A program made the translations under genes and the position numbers. A stretch of DNA of 64,000 bases, taken from Craspedostauros australis (Eukaryota). The stretch covers positions 62,001-126,000 of the forward strand of contig JALAGF010004801.1 in NCBI GenBank assembly GCA_030167865.1. Direction: 5' to 3'. The notes below the pieces were generated by a model that searched no databases, was not told the origin of the DNA, and saw only the letters and a program-made list of their open reading frames with translations. Below, in pieces: positions 10,898 through 20,300 of this stretch; position 1 is the stretch's first letter, and the number at the start of each line of letters is the position of its first letter.

Positions 10898-12371
10898 CTG
10901 GTGATTGCTGATGGTTGTGGATTGCAGTCGTGATGGAGGTTGCCAAAGCGGAGAGGCTTGCTGTCGTTGCTGGTTTATGTGCTCCTTTTGTGTCGATGTC
11001 GATGTTGGTTGTGATGCCAGCGTGATTTTGTGAACAAATCTGAACAAGACCGACACGGAACCAAATCAAACAGCTCTTTGGGGCGGAGGAGGCGCCCTCT
11101 CCTCTCATGTGTGTGCCTCTTCTCGGAGTCGTCCCACATTCTGCGTTCTGCTCGTTGCTTGTGGCTTCATGATGTGGGATCATTTGATGTTCATGGTCAC
11201 CCATTTGGCACGATTCCAGAGTTGCCTATGTTGATGTCGCTGGAATGTCGCACGTCATGTTTCGACTTCATGCGAGAGGTACTATCTCCACGCATTGGTC
11301 GTGCGATAACCGCACTGCATGGATGCGTTCTAATCCGAGATGGTCGTCACATGGTGAGGACACACGATCCGCACAATTCTCACCGCAGAGGGCCGTTCGT
11401 TGAGACTCCAGAAATCGCTTCTCTTCGGGTAGAAGTCAAGAAGTGAGAGCACCGGTACGTGTACTTACGACTACTCTACGGAACAGATAGGCAGGACCAG
11501 GAGATTTAACACCGATCGCGCACCAATCTGCACCGTCTGAGGTGAATACTTGTGGTGTGAGTACCCTCCGTTCTGCTTCTCCCTGCTGTCTACGTGACGC
11601 CACTCCACACTGGTCTGTAGTCTTCCATCTTGACACGATCTGGCCCCTCTGTATGCATCGCACCCCCTCGAGTTCATGTTACCAATCCAAACGATCGTGC
11701 ACAATTGGTTCCCAACATTGAGATGCACAGCACAAGTGCAAGCATCCCGCAGCATGCCACAGCATACAATAGCATGCACGAGTACGACATGCACGATACA
11801 TAGCATAACAGTAGGCTATGGGGAAGATGCAGAATGGATGAAAAGATCGTGAATCCTTCGCAAGATACCGCTGCATGCAACCTTTCGCACGATTGGTGAT
11901 GGCGCATCTGTTGACACCAGACGTCACGATTGCCATGCAGTGCAGTCTGCATTTCACGCGTGATCTCCTTTGGCTGTTGCTATGCGCCTGCAATCATAAG
12001 TGCGAGTAGGTATGGATAGGGTGAACTGGTTGAGGTTGGAATGAAGCTTTGATTTGCCCTCCGAATGCACACAAAATAGCGCGTTTGGGGAGGCTTGAAT
12101 TCTAGATATTGTGTCTAGTTTGTTGTTCATGGTGTCTGGCAGTCGTTCAAAGGGGTGTGTTGTCATATCTGGGGTACTATTTGGGGAAATGTCGCATATG
12201 CCCCCTAAGTAAAGGGGGTAGTGTTCTGGATCTGAAGCATTTGGGGGATTGGCGCCAGAAAATCAAGAGTGGATCAGCAACTTCGTCGGAGGCAACCGTA
12301 TCACCAAGGACGCTTCCCACATGAGGAGAGGTGCTGATGCTGACGGAGACGCACACAAGATGTGCACGAAG

Positions 12372-12785
12372 ATGAGGAAATCGACAGCGATGATGACGAG
12401 TACGAGATGGTTTTGTTGGACGAAGGATTTGTCCTTGCTTCTGATCTGCGTTGCGATCTTGTGCGACAGCACCTCCGGATTCCAAGTTGGCAGCACAAAG
12501 GGATTTGGCGTCCGAACAACACACAGTCCAGGCCTTCTGCATGGGGTTGGGACGATGCGGTTCGCCGCACCGGGAGGTGGAGACCAGCCTCCGGCGGAGA
12601 ATGAGAAGAGCACCGGCAACAACGTGGAGGTGGGATCGAAGGAGTATCTTGAAGGCTTCCTATCCACGCCGGTCGAGGAGCAGCGAGGTGATGGGCTGGA
12701 GCAGGCTCTGAAATTGGGAGGAGGTTTCGCAGTTGGTCTCGCCGTGCTCTTTCTCGGCTTCATGGCGAGCAACGGTCTTCTCTAA
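12372..12785 (+). CDS. Small plastid-targeted single-pass membrane protein of unknown function (~137 aa precursor)
   Basis: Signal peptide LSLLLICVAILCDSTSG followed by F (TSG-FQV, ASAFAP-like) and a basic/Ser/Thr transit region. C-terminal TM helix LGGGFAVGLAVLFLGFMASNGLL. The start Met is uncertain (12360/12372/12390). Confidence 0.65.
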   Translation: MRKSTAMMTSTRWFCWTKDLSLLLICVAILCDSTSGFQVGSTKGFGVRTTHSPGLLHGVGTMRFAAPGGGDQPPAENEKSTGNNVEVGSKEYLEGFLSTPVEEQRGDGLEQALKLGGGFAVGLAVLFLGFMASNGLL

Positions 12786-13536
12786 AACAAGCTCACAAGC
12801 ACTCTGGAGAGACCTCTCTAGAACAACCTTAGCTATGGATAGTACATGAATGTAGCGATTACAACGTAGACAGAGACTTTTCAATGTGGGCCCCGCATAC
12901 CATACTCGTGCGTTGCTGACAAAGAAAATCAGCAAGGAGATCCGCAGCAGAATCGCGACGCCGTCATGCGTTTTAATTTTCGTTTTTCACATTGTTTACA
13001 TCAAGCTGTCTTGCCATCCATGTTATCATTTCATTTTCATCCATTTTTCCACCTCCTGCCCGTTGTGTTTTTTCGCGACGCGACACGTTGGATGGATTTC
13101 AGGGCCAAAACTGCCCATCTTCTTCGTTTGGCCATTGCCATCCAGCTGCGACGGATTGCCCCGTTTCCCCGAGCGTAGCAAGAGCAGAAGAGCCAGCACG
13201 CACAAAGAGAGGGTATCTCCCTTTTTCAGAATGACGCTGTACAAATACAAGAATACACAGTGCGCATCTGGACGTGCCGTCGCATATGGAGCCTTTTGTT
13301 TCTGTTCTGCCTCGTCCGTTTCTCTCTCGCTCCCTCTTTCTGTCTTTCATCCATTCCTTCATTATCTCTTTTTGTTCTTTCTTTCTCTCTCTCTCGTTCT
13401 ATGATTCTTCCTTCTTCGACTTTGTGCGCTGTGCGCCATGTGCTGTTGATGCAGGAACCTCCCACCGCCCTGCCTGCCTGATCCAGAAAACAAAGCCATG
13501 GCCGACTGCGAGGACAAGATCGCAGCTCCACGGGCT

Positions 13537-15661
13537 TTAGTTTTTGACATCCTTCCTGAAGTATTCGCCTAACGACGTGAGCTTGTTGGCGGCGATGACA
13601 GTGGACACGGCAGCCTTGAATTTCCTCTTGGCGTTGAACTTCTTGAACTGCTCCAAGTTGACTCCAAGGTCGTTGGCAAGCAACTTCTTGTCGTCTGCCA
13701 CAACCCACGTGTCTCTCAGCGCGTCCTTGGCTGTGTATCGTTTGGTGGGGGAGACAGTCAGCAGTCTGGAGATGAGGTTCTTGGCATCATCGGACACCTG
13801 ACCCCAGTACTCGTCGTGGAACTCGTACTGACCCTTGCGGATCTTTCGGAAGAGCTCCCGCTGGTTCTGCTCGATGAAGGGCGGGTATCCACCGAGCAGA
13901 ATGTACACGATCACACCCAGCGACCACATATCCGCCTGCGTGTCGTACTTCTTGCCCTCCAGGATCTCCGGAGCGACGTAGCCTGGTGTCCCGCACTGCG
14001 TCGATAGCGAATTCGGCTCTCTGCACTTCTTGGCGAAACCGAAATCAGCGATCTTGATGTCGGAATCATCATTTTCGCTCTGTCATTTGCAAAAGTTTGT
14101 CGTTGTCGTGATAATGGTGGTGGTGGTGGTAATGACGATGAAGGCAATTGGGCATCGGTAATGTGGCAATAGGAATTGGAATAAGACAAGGTATACGTGC
14201 ATGTGTGTGTGTGAGTGAATCATGACAATGAGGATGATATGTTCCGCTCGATGATGATCCTCTTCTGATTTTGGTTTGAGCATCACCGCAAGACACGCAG
14301 TTTTGTCCTGCAACAAAGGTTATCGACTGAGGCTGCATCATTGTGAATCAAGTTGAATCGCCGGAATGATTGGTACGCACCGTGAGCAGCAAGTTCTCTG
14401 GCTTCAAGTCGCGATGCGCGACCTGATGATCATGACAGTACTTCATGGCCTGGAACAGAATTTTGCAGACGTCGCGCGCCTCCTTCTCGTTGTAGTAACT
14501 CTTCTGGACGATACGATCGAAGAGTTCTCCGCCCATCATCTTCTCTGTGATGAGGTAGTAGAATTGCGACTCGTCGAAGACATCGTAGAGACGGATGATG
14601 TGCTTGTGCTTGAGTTCCGCGAGCACATCGATCTCATCCTTGAGCGCCACCTCGTCCTCCTTGGAGAGCTTGGACTTGGTGACGATTTTGATGGCGAAGG
14701 ATTCGGTGCTCTGCCTGTGGCTTCCCTCCTTCACGATAGAGAATGCACCTTCACCCAACTGCATGATTGGTATCGTTGACAAGAGTGGCCGAATATGGAG
14801 GAGGAGGAGGAGGAAGATAGTGTGACCAAAGGTGGAAGCATGAAAGGATGACGAAGGAAGGGTGAGATACCGAACGTGGACCTAAGCACGCAGCCAAGTG
14901 CTCCAGGCGGAATACAGGTAAGAAGCGCATGGATGCGGTTTGATGGGCAGAATGGAAACGAGGGAACGCACCTTCTTGCCCAATTTGTAGAGTTCGTTGA
15001 AGCTCTTTCCGCTGGAGGAATCTTCGACCTTTCGTCCTGGTGCACCACCCGAAGACGATGGCTTGGAAGATGGCTTCGATGATGGCTTGGAGGAGGCATG
15101 CTTGGGCGATGACTTCGTTGCTTGGCTGGTTTCTTTTCCAGAAGAGCTGTTGGCCTGTTTGCTGGTCTCCTTCGTCTATGGATATAGAATTGTGCATGTG
15201 CGTATGCGTGTGTGTATGCGTATGCGTATCAGGGTTGGTGTGACGAAGTTGAAATCGAAGCCGATGCGTGTGGGTACGGATACCAAATGGGGAGACGGAA
15301 AGAGAGAGAGAGAAAGATTGGAAAAAGAGCGCGATCAGAAATGCGAACAAGACGGCAACGATGGATTCGGCACAACATCGCCAATTGACAGGCACGTTCA
15401 CCGCTATTGCTGATGCGTAGTATCCATCTCTGTATGGAAAGTCACGCTCCGAAATCGCCAGAGGCTGAACCGCTTCGGCATCTTTCAAGGCGATGGCCCA
15501 CAGTCAGGTCAAGATTGGCGCGCAGAGACGATCAACTGTATTGGTATGTGTGCGTGTATGTGTGCGTGTATCTGCGCGCGTGCTTGTGCTTTGCTTACAG
15601 ATGCAGGTTGGGACTGTGACTGGACTGGTTCCGCGTCCTCCTTCGAACTGCCGCAACCCAT
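13537..15661 (-). CDS. Ca2+/calmodulin-dependent (CaMK-family) Ser/Thr protein kinase, N-acylated; 4 exons (15661-15599, 15175-14972, 14758-14381, 14079-13537), ~395 aa
   Basis: LGEGAFS, AIK, HRDLKPEN, DFG, GTPGYVAPE and DMWSLGV are all recovered after joining three GT-AG introns in frame. N-terminus MGCGSSK. C-terminal CaM-binding-like FKKFNAKRKFKAAV. Confidence 0.92.
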
Positions 15662-15762
15662 GATTCGTCTTGTTGTTGTTGTAGTTGTTGTTTTACTTCT
15701 GGACAGGGAGTACTTGGTTCAAAGATTCAGTGCGCGACAGATTGTTGATACGAGAGCTGTGT

Positions 15763-15764
<2 letters not shown>

Positions 15765-15817
<53 letters not shown>
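15765..15817 (+). repeat. Microsatellite (GCTGTT)n in the kinase 5' leader
   Basis: About 8-9 consecutive gctgtt units are visible. Confidence 0.9.
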
Positions 15818-17327
15818 GTTTGTTGTGGATGGTTTGGATTGGAGGTGGTTCCGATTTCGGCTTTCTCTTCCTTCACCTTCTCTGTTGGTCTGCAGTGCTG
15901 CTGCTGTTGGAGTTGTTGGGGTCGTTGGTGATGCTGGCAATGGTGCTGACAATGGTGCTGACAATGGTGCTGCTCTGATGGATCCTCGTCTGTGATGTTG
16001 ATGACACTCGCGATAGAGGCAGAGGTGATGTGATTCGGTGCTGCTTCTCTTGGTACCTGTCGTCGTAGACGTCGGCTGTGCAGTGTGAAGCGTGTTGTTG
16101 CGGCGTGTACCACTGTGTTAGCGGCGCAGCTTTTGTTGTTGTTGTGCTTGTAGCTGTTGCTGTTGACCTTTGTCTGCTGATTGCGGTGTGTTCTCTCCCC
16201 TTGGTCATGGGCTACCCTTTTCTCCCCTTGATGTCTCTCTCTCTGTTGGTGGTTTCGCACTCCATCCGGCTTCCACACGAGTCCACCAGATCCGCATCTT
16301 TTCGCGCTGCAACATCACGATTGTTGTCTGCTCGTGTTCTCTCTGCGACCGCAGTCATGTCAACACACGGAATCGCGTAACAACACGAGAACGCACGGTG
16401 TTCGACTAGGACACGAATGCACACACAAAGCCCCAAGGCGACACAACACGACACAAAGATACTCTGATTTCGTTTCCACAAAAATACAATCACGAATTCG
16501 ACAAAGTAGTTTCTGTTTACGGTTATGCGTAACGGCAATGACCCATGTTCGACGAATGAAAGGTACTCAGACAGATGGCAGATTTCCGATGGTGATGTCG
16601 TTGAACACGGTTGGGATACTACGTTCGGCTTGGTAGTATTATGACAGTACCATTCTCGAATGCCCGATGTACCATTCGCATGCACGACTAACATACAGAC
16701 TGCAGAAAATATCAATCGCGCCGACGTTCTGTCGCGACGGGAAACACAAGACACGAGATGAAAAGGCATGACACAAGTAAAATGAGCAGTCCAGCTCGTA
16801 AATCAGTGCCGAATCAAGAGAGAATCAGCGCCACCACCCACCAACGATGACACGAATAGCGCGCTGACGAACGAGACAACAGGGGAACAAAGACAACAAC
16901 CAGACGACGGTCTGCCACCACAATCTCAGAAGCAAGACAGGGAGAGAGAGAAGCAGAGCACTTCAACCATGCGATGTCTGCACCAGTGACGACGTGTGAG
17001 CTACCATACTATACCCTTCAGCATAGTCGTACGAGTACCCACCCGTACGTGTACACTTCAAGCATCCAACCATTCAAGCCTTCAAGCAGTTGCTCTTGCA
17101 GCCAGCCAAGCAGCCAACCAATCGAACATCCGATCATACTCCACACGAAAACCGCAAGTCAGGCAGTTCATCAGTTGGGCATTCAGCCCATGTGCTGTTG
17201 GTGGCAACAAAGAGAGGTGCATGTGTGCTAAAATCCCGGTCGCACGGCAACACACAATAATACTGATTGTGCATGAAGCACTGAGAGGAGCGAAGCCCCA
17301 TCATTGTCGGCAGAAGCCAACGGCAGG

Positions 17328-20300
17328 ATGGCAGCGGATGAGCATGACGGGACGCGCCCACCTCGGTCAGGCTCAAGGAGGCTGTCCGCAGATACGAGCA
17401 GATCGTCCATGAGAGGCAAACGAAGCAGCAGCAGCAACAATGCCGGCAACAATGGCAGCAACAATGGCAACAACAATGGCAACAACAATGGCAACAACAG
17501 TGGAAGTGAGAGCGGCAGCGCGAGTGGCAGAGGCAGACGATCAGCTTCACGTCGCACCAGCAACGACAACAACAACGGCGAAGGCAGGGCCCACAACGCT
17601 CCGCATTCTCCGTCCAGAATGATTTCCCCAGGCGCCGCGTCGCAATCACAAACCAGGTCTCGCCCCAAATCCTCTCAGCGTCGCGGTAGCAATGAAGGCC
17701 ATCTCGCTTCGCCAACGAATGAGGGTCCCTCTGGTCCACCGGCGAAGTCAACGTCGGTCACGTCTGTCTCATCATCCATCCTCGGTTCCGGCATTCGCTC
17801 CATCTTCGGGAGGGGCAGTTCCGCCAAGGACCCCAATGCCGGCCACGTAGGTGAGCTCAAGTCCAAGCAGATGAAGAAGATTCAGAAAAAGTCCAAGATC
17901 AAGCAATCGCAGATGGTGGATATCGTGCAGCATGGTGGCAAGGCCGTCCCTGTCTCCAAGATCAAGGATACCCGCACCACGACCTCGGTCAGTCCTCAGA
18001 AGAAGCGGGCGGCATCCGCGTCCATGTTTTCGCCAGGATCATCTGTCAACCACCCGCAGCATGCGTCCGCATCGGCATCGTCTCTCTTGGCCTGGGCGCG
18101 GTTTGACGACGTGCGTCCCAAGCTGCTCACGGACGATGACAACAACAAAGATGCTAGCGCTAATGCTGGCGGTGGCGCTGGCCCAAGTCAAACCGGAAAT
18201 GATCATGGGAATACGGCCGCTCATCATCACAAAGACAATCACAATCATCACCAAAGTCACAAGGACAAGGACATCCAGAGTCCCCCAAGTAGTGTGGCGA
18301 AGTCAACGAGCAGGAAATCAAAATCAACATCAAAGAAGAAGTCGAAGAAAGACAAAAGGTCATCATCCAAGAAGAAGACAAATGGCAAGGATGATGGAAT
18401 GAACGAGCATGAGGATCAGGACATGTATGCAGGTCCCAATCAACAATCGAACATCGAGATACCGCAGCCATCTCCCCAAAACCAAGTATTCAAAACATCT
18501 CAATCCAATGCAGCAAACGCCGCTGCGCCCATCGGCACGCCGACCACAACATCCACCCACAATACAAATGAAAGTGCACCGCCCGCGCAATCGCCGAGAG
18601 ACGGGAGTGCGAGCACGCACAATGGTTCCACCAGCAGCAAACGAAGAGACGTCCACTCGCACGAATCCGCCAAACCTACGACAACGAAACAGACGACTAC
18701 AGCAAAGTCGGCTCCGTCCGTGTCTCCTTCCCATGGAAACAGATACGATGATATGTTCATTCCGTCATATTCGTCTCCCACTAATCCTCCTTCTCAGTTC
18801 GAATCCAATGGACAGCGTCATGCACCGAACAGACCGGCACAAGCGCTTCATGACGACCACGCCCATACCCAGCCTGCTTTCGATGACATTGACAGCGCGT
18901 CGACATCGCAGCACTCATCATCCTCTTCTTCCTCCTCCTCGTCAGCAGAATATTCATCCACATCGTCATCGTCGTCGCCACCATCCTCATCAGCAAGCCA
19001 GGATATCGATCAACGACGGCAACATCCAAGACGACAAACACAACAGCACGCAGCGAGTTCATATCGAATGAATCACTCAGACGCATTGCACAAGCAAAGA
19101 ACCAGCCCGCACCAGAACGATCGCAAGAACAACCCAAAACCGATCCCCGTTCGCGGCATCACGAAATCATCCAGCGCTCGTTCGTCGAGGCCCAAGCGAC
19201 TTTCGACGCACACAGCCCCACCAAAGCAACGCAGTCTCAGAAGCCACGAGGCCAGAGCGCAGGCTCGAAAGAATTTGGACACGCCCAAGCAATCGCAGCC
19301 CAGCACCAGATTTCGACCGAATTCATCGAAGCGGAGCCTCCTGGCCTCGAGAGCCAACGGGTCGACAGCAAGCGTCACCAGCGGTGTTGACGCTGCTGCC
19401 TCTGTGGGATCCAGGCGCCACTCTGGTGGCAGACAGAGTGCGGCAACTTCGTTCGAGATCATCCCAGATCCCGCACCGCCGCCACCGGTTATGACGCCGC
19501 AGATGGATTCTCGACGACGCGGATCCGGTGATTCATTATCCTCCAATACACGCACCCCGTCCACCACGGGACACTCTCGTGTGCGGATGGAGATTAAAAA
19601 AGTTGCAGTCGATCCTCACAAGTCATTCAACCACAAGAATAACACATCTCTCCGCATTGGACAAGAAGGACAAGCCATTCCACGCCTTGCTGATGATAAT
19701 AACGACGATGACGACGACAATGACGGCGAAAATAACGATTCTTCGCCCAACTTTCCTCAGATCCATTCCTTCGATTCTTCTGAAAGCAACATGAGTAACT
19801 TCAATCTATCTCAACCGCACGACCTGGACGCACCGGTGTCACCTTCGGTCCAATGGTGCCGCGTTCCCACCCACAACAAGATGCACACGCTATCCACGAG
19901 CAAGCCCATCGCGCCGATTGCAGAGAATCACAGTTCCAGCAGCCGCCCCGTTAGCCTAGCCCTGATGTCACCGACTGGATCGCTGTCCAAGTCTCGAAGG
20001 AGCCGACGGCCGTCTCCGGCGGGGCTGGATTTTGGGAATGAATTGGACACCTTTCACAAACGCGCACAGGATGACAACAAGGATGCAAACCAAACAATGA
20101 TGGAAGCCGGCCATAACAGCTCGAATATCAGAACGAATCATGGCAATGGAGTTACGCAACGCCAGCAGCAGCATCAACATCGACAACGCCACCATCTCAA
20201 GGCAAAGCTAGGCACCAAGTCTTTGCATTCAGAAGATGATAGCATAGCATCGACCGTGATGCATTCTGTGACTCACAACGAAGACGAACACCATGGCGAG

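Noticed and set aside
11414-11450. ATCGCTTCTC resembling the 5' end of U2 snRNA
   Set aside because: The match stops after 10 nt. There is no branch-point pairing GTGTAGTA or Sm site.
15685-16278. PolyQ, polyL and poly(VA) ORFs upstream of the kinase
   Set aside because: Translations of the (GCTGTT)n microsatellite in a 5' leader or promoter.
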